This document shows positions 8,757-17,430 of a DNA stretch of 64,000 nucleotides, in pieces (positions within the stretch are counted from its first letter, which is position 1; the number at the start of each line of letters is the position of its first letter). Below the pieces are notes generated by a model that was given only the letters and a program-made list of their open reading frames with translations, was not told where the DNA came from and did not search any database. Position numbers and translations under genes: made by a program. Location: IMG/VR virus record IMGVR_UViG_3300012953_003264, positions 17,032-81,031 of that record; one strand, 5' to 3'. This DNA is from a virus. Its lineage: Duplodnaviria > Caudoviricetes.

Positions 8757-9563
8757 TTATGTATCAGTATCAGTTGATGTATTATATTTCTTACTATCAT
8801 CAAAAAATGATATAGTAGTTGTAAAACCAAAATCATCATCAGCGTCAGCCGTTGTAGGTTTTGGTGTTACTGTTATCCTTTCTTCTCTCTTTGCTGTTGT
8901 AGTGTTAGTGTCGGAATATAAATCGTTTTGTACTTCTTTAATGACTTTATTATTGTTCATAGGTCCGTACAAGTAAGTTTTAGCAGTAAAATTTAAAGTA
9001 TAAATTACTGCTCTTCTTTGAGTAAATGTTCCGTTGTAACTGTCTTCATAACTTATATCGTTTAACACGATAGGGATATCTCTCACAATATCCATTTCAG
9101 GAACAGCTTTCATAGTTACCGTATATTCTGGTTGAAACCATGGTAAAATTTGTTCTATAATCATAAGTCCGTTTTCAGCAGTTGCTGTAAAAGAATATAA
9201 AGAAAAATTAATGTTGTATGGTACAGGTGTATAGTTATAATATTGTACCTTACCTCCCTCGCCTTCTTTTACTTTTACAGTTTTGTTCATCTTATTTAAT
9301 TTTCTATTAGCGTCATAAGATAAACCTGTTATTTCAAAACCTAATCTAGGTAGAGTTGTAGCAAATTGTCTGTTTTCTAAATTAGCTTGCTCATCTAATC
9401 TAACTAAAAATTTTTCTTTTGGTGCATATGCCAAAGGTACTCTAAATCTTTTAGTAATAGCACCAGAGCTATTTTTATTTTGTACAATAATATTATTAAA
9501 TATTTGACCAAATGCAATGGTCAACTTTCTCATACCTTCGTTATAAAAATGAGTACCAAACAT
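8757..9563 (-). CDS. gp15: Tail sheath stabiliser / tail completion protein
   Basis: AFGQIFNNI, VPLAYAPKEKF, LPRLGFEI, EQILPWFQP, LNFTAKTYLYGP. Confidence 0.93.
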   Translation of the reverse strand: MFGTHFYNEGMRKLTIAFGQIFNNIIVQNKNSSGAITKRFRVPLAYAPKEKFLVRLDEQANLENRQFATTLPRLGFEITGLSYDANRKLNKMNKTVKVKEGEGGKVQYYNYTPVPYNINFSLYSFTATAENGLMIIEQILPWFQPEYTVTMKAVPEMDIVRDIPIVLNDISYEDSYNGTFTQRRAVIYTLNFTAKTYLYGPMNNNKVIKEVQNDLYSDTNTTTAKREERITVTPKPTTADADDDFGFTTTISFFDDSKKYNTSTDTDT

Positions 9564-10387
9564 TATTCGTCAACCTCTCCAAATGGATTTCTTTCTGTAA
9601 AGTCTAATATGTCGTCTGTTAAATCGTTAGCAGTATCATAACCAGCAGCCTGATTTAGGTCTAAATTACCTGCATAAGGTGATTGTGTTGCCAAATTACT
9701 TGTTGCTACATAAGTTTCCATCATTAACAATGCTGGTTGACCTGTTGAGTAATCGTAATAATCTTCTAATACAATTGAACCTTCTCCTGTCAATGCAACT
9801 TGACCAGATTCTAAAGTAAATTTATGTTGTAAAGTATCTAGTGTAAATTTGTCTTCAGCTTGGTCTAGTAATTCTTGACCTGTATTAATTTGTTCATTTG
9901 CATATTCAAATTTAGTTACTCTTAATTTATATACTGGTAAGTTTCCTATTTGATAAAATGGTTCTTGGTCTTCTACGAATTGAATTTCAAAAAATGAATT
10001 CATTAAAGGCACAAAAATTAAATCGCCTTCATTTGGTCTACCAGTTGCTATTAAATTAGCAGTATTAGCTACATGCTCTTCAAATCTTCTTTTAGAAACT
10101 ATTAGTGTTGTATCATCTCTAATTTCTAAACCAAATTTATTAATGATTTCGTTTTCGCCAGCAAATCCTTCATTAGTTTCAAAATACATTTCTATCAGAT
10201 AAGAGTCGTCAAATCTGCTAGATGTATCTTCGCCTAATACTAAATCTCTATTAACAAGTGTTCTCGGCATATAATAAACATCTTGTCCAAAAATCTTTAG
10301 ACTTTCTATTATTATATCTTCGTGTAATAGTTTTTCAGCTGCATTTCCAATGCCCTTACCGCCTTGAAAATAATGATTGATTGCCAT
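9563..10387 (-). CDS. gp14: Neck protein
   Basis: ESLKIFGQDVYYMPR, KFGLEIRD, RPNEGDLIF, FEIQFVEDQEPFYQ, DFTERNPFG. Confidence 0.93.
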   Translation of the reverse strand: MAINHYFQGGKGIGNAAEKLLHEDIIIESLKIFGQDVYYMPRTLVNRDLVLGEDTSSRFDDSYLIEMYFETNEGFAGENEIINKFGLEIRDDTTLIVSKRRFEEHVANTANLIATGRPNEGDLIFVPLMNSFFEIQFVEDQEPFYQIGNLPVYKLRVTKFEYANEQINTGQELLDQAEDKFTLDTLQHKFTLESGQVALTGEGSIVLEDYYDYSTGQPALLMMETYVATSNLATQSPYAGNLDLNQAAGYDTANDLTDDILDFTERNPFGEVDE

Positions 10388-10391
10388 AGGT

Positions 10392-11198
10392 TTATCCTAT
10401 CATCATTGCTGGGTTTAATTCAAATGTGCTTCTTATTTCTGTTTCTAGTTTTTCAACATCTGTTAGCGCTTCTGAATATATTTGTCTTCCGTTTAAAGTA
10501 ACCCCACCTATCATTGCAACACCATCAAATTTAGAAAGATTAGCGCCCCATTGTTTCTTAAACAAGGCCGTTACATATCTTTTTAAATATATGTCATTAT
10601 AAACATCTGTATAAATTGTAGGGTCTAGTTTTCTATAACACTCTATAACTAGATATTCACCTACTGCTAAGTCATTTTTCCAATCCATATCAACATATAA
10701 TCTATTATCGTGTTGATTAAATCTTAATGGTTTTTCACCTACTAAAATATGGTCTAAAAAATCTAGGTGTCTTAATACTATATCATAATTGATAATACTA
10801 GTTGATGAGAAATCATATAAGTCGTTTAATCTTAATTGATATCTAACATCAAATAAATTCATATTACTTTTATTTGAAAAAGGAAATATATTGATTACAG
10901 ATATAACACTTTCAGGAACAACTATAAAGTTGTTTCCCTCTTTCCATGTTGTAGTTACAGAATTCTTTGTAATTGACTCACTTGAATCAGCCGTCATTCT
11001 TGTCTTGTCTGCGTCTGTATATTGGTATTTTAAAAATGTTCTACGAATACCGTCATAATGGTATTGAGCAAAGTATTGTAAAGCCTCGTCTATTCTATCT
11101 TCAAGTTGGTCATCATCTATATTAATCTCAATTACAGGCTTACCTAATGCTCGTAAAGCATATTGTTTTAAATTTTCTCTTGTTGCTGGTTCTGCCAT
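10392..11198 (-). CDS. gp13: Neck protein
   Basis: LKQYALRALGKPVIEINI, WGANLSKF, GGVTLNGRQIY. Confidence 0.93.
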   Translation of the reverse strand: MAEPATRENLKQYALRALGKPVIEINIDDDQLEDRIDEALQYFAQYHYDGIRRTFLKYQYTDADKTRMTADSSESITKNSVTTTWKEGNNFIVVPESVISVINIFPFSNKSNMNLFDVRYQLRLNDLYDFSSTSIINYDIVLRHLDFLDHILVGEKPLRFNQHDNRLYVDMDWKNDLAVGEYLVIECYRKLDPTIYTDVYNDIYLKRYVTALFKKQWGANLSKFDGVAMIGGVTLNGRQIYSEALTDVEKLETEIRSTFELNPAMMIG

Positions 11199-11216
11199 AA
11201 TTGTACCCTTTCGGTA

Positions 11217-11224
11217 TATTTATA
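11217..11224 (-). promoter_or_regulatory. T4-type late promoter TATAAATA (gp13)
   Basis: tatttata in the 30-nt gap between pcyX stop and gp13 start. Confidence 0.7.
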
Positions 11225-11228
11225 AGAA

Positions 11229-11909
11229 TTATTTAATGATAGGAAAGAGATTATCGGAACAGAACAATTTAATATCTTCTTCAGGTAATCCAAGGGATTG
11301 CATAACTCTTGGTGTATGTGGATTCTTTTGTTGATGTTCACAATAGAAATTTTGTGCTTCTTTGACCTCTGATTCTTTACTATCCTCATGGAATTCTATT
11401 ATTCTATCAAGATAAAAAGACAAATTATTCTCTACTAAAAGACATATATCATTTAACTCTTTTTCTTCTCTAATATTACCAGCGGCTATCATATGAGGAC
11501 TAAAAATTTTTAATGCCCAATCAGGCAATTCTCTAGGTTTAGAAGGTTGATAACCCAATACTAAATCACCAAATGCATTTACCATAGGGTGGTCTTTTTT
11601 AAGTAACGGTGAGAAATCGTGAAATGCACCAGTAACTTTCTTTTGACCTGCGATAATGTCCCAACCGAAAATAGGACCACCATTTCCAAAAGCAGGAAAA
11701 ATACAAACATGTTGCATCCATAATCCTTTTTCTTCTCTTACATCAACAACATCAACATGAGCTCGTCTTATGCCTTGACTACACCATGTTCTATTAGTCC
11801 ATTTATCGTTGTTAAATCTTTCCATACCTGGTTCATTATATTCCTCTAAATAGAAATTTAATTTTTTTATTATAGCTTCACTATTTTTTATTAGTCTATC
11901 CCAAATCAT
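11229..11909 (-). CDS. pcyX: Ferredoxin-dependent bilin reductase, PcyX-type
   Basis: RRAHVDVVD, LWMQHVCIFP, PIFGWDIIAG, GAFHDFSP, RELPDWA, QNFYCEHQQKNPHT; His67/Asp84 with the same 17-residue spacing as PcyA His88/Asp105; HVD in place of PcyA HLE; adjacent to heme oxygenase. Confidence 0.85.
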   Translation of the reverse strand: MIWDRLIKNSEAIIKKLNFYLEEYNEPGMERFNNDKWTNRTWCSQGIRRAHVDVVDVREEKGLWMQHVCIFPAFGNGGPIFGWDIIAGQKKVTGAFHDFSPLLKKDHPMVNAFGDLVLGYQPSKPRELPDWALKIFSPHMIAAGNIREEKELNDICLLVENNLSFYLDRIIEFHEDSKESEVKEAQNFYCEHQQKNPHTPRVMQSLGLPEEDIKLFCSDNLFPIIK

Positions 11910-12505
11910 TAGTCTTTACCTTCCATTTCTGTACCAATGTAAGGGTCTACCTTATTCATTTCTTCAAATAGTTTAGTCGCATTTTCAAAACAATAAATTG
12001 CCTCTGGTAATACTGAATGTTGATAAACATTCATGTAACTATTAATTGTTTCTTTAATAATTCTACCAAACTCAATGACTTCTTTATTTCTAAAAGTGTG
12101 ATATCTACATGGTCCAGGTAGTTTCTTTTTCATCATTTGACCACCTTTTAAATCTCCCATATGTCTTACATAGATGTGAGCATATAGTTTTTCAGGATTA
12201 TCTCTAATACCTTTTACATGTTCAATATATTCTTTTGTACTATCAAAGATAGGTGGCTTTTCTTCATCTTTCCATAAGGCATTAAAGTCATATAATAAAT
12301 GTTCAGCTCTTTGAAGTCCTACGGTTGTTCTAAACAATGAATTTTCTTGAGCATATTTTTCTAAAGCTGCGTAGCATTGTAATTGATTATATAAAAACAC
12401 AGCAAATAATTTCTCTGGTATTTCACCAGACATTAATACTTTTACAAATTGTTGTCTTTCAGCGTTCTTATGGTATTCCCATGTTAACTCTTTTATATCA
12501 TACAT
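11909..12505 (-). CDS. hemO: Heme oxygenase
   Basis: Proximal His in ELTWEYHKNAE; signature AHIYVRHMGDLKGGQM; stop overlaps pcyX start. Confidence 0.9.
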   Translation of the reverse strand: MYDIKELTWEYHKNAERQQFVKVLMSGEIPEKLFAVFLYNQLQCYAALEKYAQENSLFRTTVGLQRAEHLLYDFNALWKDEEKPPIFDSTKEYIEHVKGIRDNPEKLYAHIYVRHMGDLKGGQMMKKKLPGPCRYHTFRNKEVIEFGRIIKETINSYMNVYQHSVLPEAIYCFENATKLFEEMNKVDPYIGTEMEGKD

Positions 12506-13529
12506 AAAATAATGCTCCTGAAACTCCTATTACTAATATTGCCCAACCACTCAATAATTTACCATAGTAGGATAGTTTTGTTCCGAAATACATCTTACCT
12601 ATTGTAACGCATTTATGCATTGGTGATAATATATATCCGGCAAAATCAACTGCAAAAAACCATGGTAGATATTCAATACCATATAAAGCAGTTAAAATAA
12701 CTGTAACAGCACCAAATCTACTAGATGAACCTAACAGAAAAGCAGATACAAATGCTAATAATGAAATTGCACCAAAACCTAACATTGTATTAGGGTCAAA
12801 TCCTGTGGCTGCCATAAAGTCATAGATATCGTTTGTACTTGTTCTAACTATATTTGCTATAGCAATAATTAAAGCAACCATACCTACAATTTTCCAATCA
12901 ACATAACTTATTAATTTTTTAGGATTAAATGTTTGAGTAACTACCATGTAGTATAAAGTTAATGCACTAAAAGACCATAGAAAATTTACACCTGCAATAA
13001 TAGAACCTATAGCAATAATATATGGAAAAACATATCTTGTTATTCTACTAACTTTAACTTTGCCTTTAGTATTTGTTAATTCTATATCTTCATCTTTAAT
13101 TACAAAAATTAAATACCATAAAATGTATGCAATTGTAACTGCTAACAGAGGCCACATAATTCCTAAAAATGCACCATATGATAAACCAAAGGCTGCCATA
13201 GGAAGAATGACCGTCTTTTCTAAAGGCGACCAGAAATAATAATGGTGTGTTGACATAAAATCAATAGGTCCAAACTTCTCTCTTTTCTTTGGGTCTTTAC
13301 TTGCTAATGTATCTAACAAACCTGCTGATACTGTAACTCTACCTTTTATAGGCATACAACCTGTTATGGCACTAAAGATTGCCACCACAGCTCTATTACT
13401 TTTTATATTTCTTTTTAAAAATGTAAACACATCACTAAAAAGGTTATTGTCTTTAATCATACCTGCAACCATCATCACAAAGATAATAAGAAACAAATAT
13501 ACTTGGCCTTTTAAAATTAATTCAATCAT
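12498..13529 (-). CDS. Multi-pass membrane protein, DUF401 / ion-transporter-superfamily-like
   Basis: About 9-10 hydrophobic segments; motifs GCMPIKG, HHYYFWSPLE, GYILSPMHKC resemble DUF401 signatures. Confidence 0.6.
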   Translation of the reverse strand: MIELILKGQVYLFLIIFVMMVAGMIKDNNLFSDVFTFLKRNIKSNRAVVAIFSAITGCMPIKGRVTVSAGLLDTLASKDPKKREKFGPIDFMSTHHYYFWSPLEKTVILPMAAFGLSYGAFLGIMWPLLAVTIAYILWYLIFVIKDEDIELTNTKGKVKVSRITRYVFPYIIAIGSIIAGVNFLWSFSALTLYYMVVTQTFNPKKLISYVDWKIVGMVALIIAIANIVRTSTNDIYDFMAATGFDPNTMLGFGAISLLAFVSAFLLGSSSRFGAVTVILTALYGIEYLPWFFAVDFAGYILSPMHKCVTIGKMYFGTKLSYYGKLLSGWAILVIGVSGALFYV

Positions 13530-13530
13530 A

Positions 13531-14028
13531 TTAAAAATAGTTAAAGTTTATATTAACTCTCCTAGGTTGGTTGGTGGTATTGGTACTACAATGTGGTTTA
13601 GAGGCGTCAAACAATAACATTCTATTTGCGACACTTTCTATTTTTGTACCGTCTTCTAATTTAGTATAACCATCACATGTATTAACACTAAACAAACCAC
13701 CATTGTTAAAATAACTATAGTCTGTATGTTTTTCATGTTCAATTAGTTTATCATCTTTTAAGTAACTATTAACCTTTACTCTTATCAAAGATTTGATTTC
13801 TATTTTTTTAAAAACACACTTCATAATAGTTTCATAATGAGGTGAAATAGGCATAGTGTCTTCATATAACATATGAAGATAATAAGAAAAATTATCCGAT
13901 TTATTTTTATCTAAACCTGTTTCTTTATAAGAGTCCATATAAAACCATGGAAAAGGTTCATTCATAATTAAATTGTGAATAAAAATAAAATCTTCTTTAT
14001 CTAAAAAATCGTCTATTACTTTGTGCAT
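13531..14028 (-). CDS. 2OG-Fe(II) oxygenase (type A)
   Basis: EHEKHTDY (HxD), NTCDGYT, SVANRMLLFDASKPHCST, RVNINFNYF. Confidence 0.8.
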   Translation of the reverse strand: MHKVIDDFLDKEDFIFIHNLIMNEPFPWFYMDSYKETGLDKNKSDNFSYYLHMLYEDTMPISPHYETIMKCVFKKIEIKSLIRVKVNSYLKDDKLIEHEKHTDYSYFNNGGLFSVNTCDGYTKLEDGTKIESVANRMLLFDASKPHCSTNTTNQPRRVNINFNYF

Positions 14029-14029
14029 G

Positions 14030-14611
14030 TTATAATCCTAAATTAAACGATATTGCTATTTTCTCGCCCTTTGGTTGTAATGTATTTCCATGTATCATAT
14101 CTCCTCTAAAGAGAAACAAACTACCTGCCTTACAATCTAATTTTACATCTTTTGAATTGTATATATTAGGTGTTTTAATCTCAATATGATTAGGATAATA
14201 ATATGATTGGTCATAAAAAGTTATTGTTGAATCTTTAGGTGCTTTTATATAATAAACACCCGATACTAAACAAAATCCATGGTGATGAGGAAATAAAAAA
14301 TCATTCTCGTTACTAATATTAAACCACATCTCGTTATACTTACATCTATCAATATATGAATTACTATATTCTAGTTGTTCAATAAAACTCAATGCCTTTT
14401 TGTAAATAAAATCACTTAAAAATTTTATCTCTTCTTTTTCAAATAGTCTGGTATCTGTGTGAAATGTTGTATCCACATTTTGCGTGGCTGTTCTTTTAAA
14501 ACCTTTTTGTTGTTTTAAAAAACCCTCTAAAAAATCCAGTTTATCTGAAAAGATATTTTCCATTAAAACTAGAGGTTTAGGAAATAAGTTTATAAGTTTT
14601 GCTTCATCCAT
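14030..14611 (-). CDS. Putative 2OG-Fe(II) oxygenase (TIGR02466-like)
   Basis: MWFN, FPHHH, VSGVYYI, LFLFRGDMIHG, KIAISFN. Confidence 0.75.
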   Translation of the reverse strand: MDEAKLINLFPKPLVLMENIFSDKLDFLEGFLKQQKGFKRTATQNVDTTFHTDTRLFEKEEIKFLSDFIYKKALSFIEQLEYSNSYIDRCKYNEMWFNISNENDFLFPHHHGFCLVSGVYYIKAPKDSTITFYDQSYYYPNHIEIKTPNIYNSKDVKLDCKAGSLFLFRGDMIHGNTLQPKGEKIAISFNLGL

Positions 14612-14619
14612 GATTTATC

Positions 14620-15141
14620 TCAAAAATAATTAATATTAATATTCATTCTGGTTTTACTATCTGAACAAGAGGTACTACAATGTGGTACAGAGGGGTCAAA
14701 AAATATTATTCTATTTGCAACACTTGGTATTTTCTCTTCACCTATTTTAGTATAACCATCACAGGTATTTAGGCTGTATAAGGCACCCTTATGTTTAAAT
14801 GGGTAGTCTGTATGTTCAGCATGTTCTTTTACTCCTAATCCTTGGTTCAAATAAAGATTACATTTAACTCTTATAAGAGCTTTAGGGTCTATCTTTTTTA
14901 ATAATGGAAACATTAACTCAAAATATTTACTTTGATGTAATGATGTTTGATTATAAAATACATGACAAAGATAGAAAAAAATATCTTTATCTTTTTGTTC
15001 TAAAGTTATTTTATCTGCAAGGTGCCAATCAAAACCTTGGTCATTTATTACTTCTAAAATCTTTTTATAATCTTCTTCAGGAAGAAAATCATCTACAATA
15101 ATTCTATTGTTACCAACATCACCCATATCCCATTTAGCCAT
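14620..15141 (-). CDS. 2OG-Fe(II) oxygenase (type A, paralog of 13531-14028)
   Basis: EHAEHTDY, NTCDGYT, SVANRIIFFDPSVPHCST, RMNININYF. Confidence 0.8.
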   Translation of the reverse strand: MAKWDMGDVGNNRIIVDDFLPEEDYKKILEVINDQGFDWHLADKITLEQKDKDIFFYLCHVFYNQTSLHQSKYFELMFPLLKKIDPKALIRVKCNLYLNQGLGVKEHAEHTDYPFKHKGALYSLNTCDGYTKIGEEKIPSVANRIIFFDPSVPHCSTSCSDSKTRMNININYF

Positions 15142-15490
15142 TTTTTAAGTCCTCATAATTATCTGGATTTCTAATATACAATCTCTTACCATGAAAATCC
15201 TGTTTATAGTCTAATGTTTTAAATTTAATTTCTTGATATATGTCATTATGAACAAGCCATCTAGGCATTTTAGGTCCTTTAATGTCTAACAACCAAGCAA
15301 AAACATCTCTATTATTAGAAAAGTACCAATAGTATTCGTATTTAAATTGAGATTTTTTAAGATAACAATATCTCTTACCACCATCTCTTTTAAATTCATT
15401 AATAACTTCCCATTCAGCGTCATTAGCTAATCTAACAATATGTCGTAATCCGTTTTGTTCTTGCCATCTACTCATATTATCGGTATCCAT
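15134..15490 (-). CDS. Hypothetical protein
   Basis: 118-aa aromatic-rich ORF overlapping both neighbours. Confidence 0.5.
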   Translation of the reverse strand: MDTDNMSRWQEQNGLRHIVRLANDAEWEVINEFKRDGGKRYCYLKKSQFKYEYYWYFSNNRDVFAWLLDIKGPKMPRWLVHNDIYQEIKFKTLDYKQDFHGKRLYIRNPDNYEDLKNG

Positions 15491-16065
15491 CTAGTAAAAT
15501 TTAAAGGGTCAATTTTATTTCGTTGTAAAAAATCAAATGCTATTGTAATTCTAGGTTCTTCTTTATTAGTCCATGGTGTAACTCTATGTAATAGACCAGC
15601 AGGGCTAAGTGTAATGTAACCATTTTTATTTACAATTGTGTCAACCAGGCCTTTATCATTTTTATATAAAGTTTTACTAGGTTCAGCATTTACTGATACA
15701 TAACCATGCCATCTTCCGTCATTACCAACTTTTGGTCCATGTTTATGCCAATCTAAATATTCATCTTTATCATATACATTTACCCAACCTGCCATAGCAT
15801 AGTCATAGTAATTAGATTCTTTTGTTTTAAAATACTGAATTACTAGATTATATAATTCTGCAAAACCAGGCATTTGACATAAGAATACATTGTAAGTTTC
15901 ATATAATTGTGTGCTTAAACTACCTTTAGCAAATTTCATATAATCTTTATCCCATGTTTTAATCCAGTTAGAGTGTCTTTTACTAACTTCGTTTGCCAAG
16001 TTTATACAACTAGGTTTTAATATATTACAATTATCAGAATGAAATAGATGGTCGTGGTGTATCAT
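15472..16065 (-). CDS. Putative 2OG-Fe(II) oxygenase
   Basis: GWVNVY, LDWHKH, HGYVSV, GLLHRV, PRITIAFD. Confidence 0.7.
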   Translation of the reverse strand: MIHHDHLFHSDNCNILKPSCINLANEVSKRHSNWIKTWDKDYMKFAKGSLSTQLYETYNVFLCQMPGFAELYNLVIQYFKTKESNYYDYAMAGWVNVYDKDEYLDWHKHGPKVGNDGRWHGYVSVNAEPSKTLYKNDKGLVDTIVNKNGYITLSPAGLLHRVTPWTNKEEPRITIAFDFLQRNKIDPLNFTRWIPII

Positions 16066-16066
16066 G

Positions 16067-16675
16067 TTAAATTATCAGGTGATTACTATTTTCGGGGTCA
16101 CCCATTTCTCCTTTAATAAATGTGTTAAATGATATTGTAACTCTGTCATTGTTACTCTCATTTTTATCAACATCATGTACCATAGATGAAGGAAATATAA
16201 TCAATCGGCCAACTTCATTCATCACTCCAGCTTTTGTAGCTGTAAATGCGCTACTGCCTTTATCGCCATCATAAAAAGCAAAATTACCAAAAGATGTTCT
16301 ATCATCATATCTATAAAAATATGTTGGACATTTATCACCACTTACATAATAGATACAACTAAAAATACTATTAGGGTGCATATGTGTATGATGATAAGAA
16401 TGAGGTGGATTTGTATTCATCCAAGACTGTGTTATATAAAAACTTGTTTTATCACTAGCGCCTAATTGTTTGCCAAATGCTTTAACATTAAGTAAACACC
16501 AATTTTTAAAGTCTTTCATAGACTCATCTTCCATTATATCTTTTCTAGGAGTTATATAATTACCACCTTTATTTTTTATTGTTCCTAATGTTTTTAAATA
16601 TTGTATTTGTTCTTCTTTTAAATTATATAAATTATCTGATTTATATACAGGTGTTGCGAATATAGCGTCTATCAT
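16067..16675 (-). CDS. Putative 2OG-Fe(II) oxygenase (TIGR02466-like)
   Basis: IFATPVY, TQSWMN, HHTHMHPNSIFSCIYY, LIIFPSSMVHDV, RVTISFNT. Confidence 0.8.
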   Translation of the reverse strand: MIDAIFATPVYKSDNLYNLKEEQIQYLKTLGTIKNKGGNYITPRKDIMEDESMKDFKNWCLLNVKAFGKQLGASDKTSFYITQSWMNTNPPHSYHHTHMHPNSIFSCIYYVSGDKCPTYFYRYDDRTSFGNFAFYDGDKGSSAFTATKAGVMNEVGRLIIFPSSMVHDVDKNESNNDRVTISFNTFIKGEMGDPENSNHLII

Positions 16676-17430
16676 TTAAAGTACCTCTTATATAATTCTT
16701 TCACCTTATTTCTAGTAGGTGAAAATGAGAAACTAGACCAATAAGGTTTTTTTTCTATCCATCTCATTTCTTTTGCATTTGCGTCCCGACACACCATATT
16801 TAATTTTTTGCCCCAAATAGGAACAATTTGCATTAATGGTGTGCCGGCTTTAATAAACCTTTCTCCCTCTTTTACATTCCAATAAAGTTGTACATTTAAC
16901 TCTGAACTTAAAGCAGGTTCTAAAACACCAGACGAACTCTCCCAATCGTAATGGTCTGGATATGGCATTGGTAAAAATAAAAACTTTATTTCTGGTGGTG
17001 CAATAATATTATAAGGTGTATTAATCTTTACAATATTGTTTATACGACCTTCTCTTTTAGGAATAAACTTTGTAATCATATCGCCATGAGTATCAATAAT
17101 ATTCATCTTTGTTTGTTCCATTAAATCGCCACTTGCAACTCGCCAAGAAAAGCCTTCTTTAGTTTTATCTGTTTTTATATAAACATCATACCACGCTGAT
17201 ACATACCAACCAAATTTAAATAAGTCAAATATGCCAGGACATAAGGCTATATGATTGCCTTTTTCGTTTTGTTTATAATTTTTTTTGTAATCTTCTATTG
17301 CCTTTTTAGTCCAACTAGGTTTATAATCAGACATAGGTCTTATAGGAAACATGTCAGCTACACCTGGTACGGTGCTGACAAACTTGACATAATCTAAATC
17401 TTCCCAAAACTCTTGATAATTCCAACTCAT
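16672..17430 (-). CDS. Hypothetical protein with possible dUTPase-like beta fold
   Basis: CPGIFD...GW, KINTPY, SSGVLE, IKAGTPLMQIVP; ATGA overlaps with both neighbours. Confidence 0.5.
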   Translation of the reverse strand: MSWNYQEFWEDLDYVKFVSTVPGVADMFPIRPMSDYKPSWTKKAIEDYKKNYKQNEKGNHIALCPGIFDLFKFGWYVSAWYDVYIKTDKTKEGFSWRVASGDLMEQTKMNIIDTHGDMITKFIPKREGRINNIVKINTPYNIIAPPEIKFLFLPMPYPDHYDWESSSGVLEPALSSELNVQLYWNVKEGERFIKAGTPLMQIVPIWGKKLNMVCRDANAKEMRWIEKKPYWSSFSFSPTRNKVKELYKRYFK

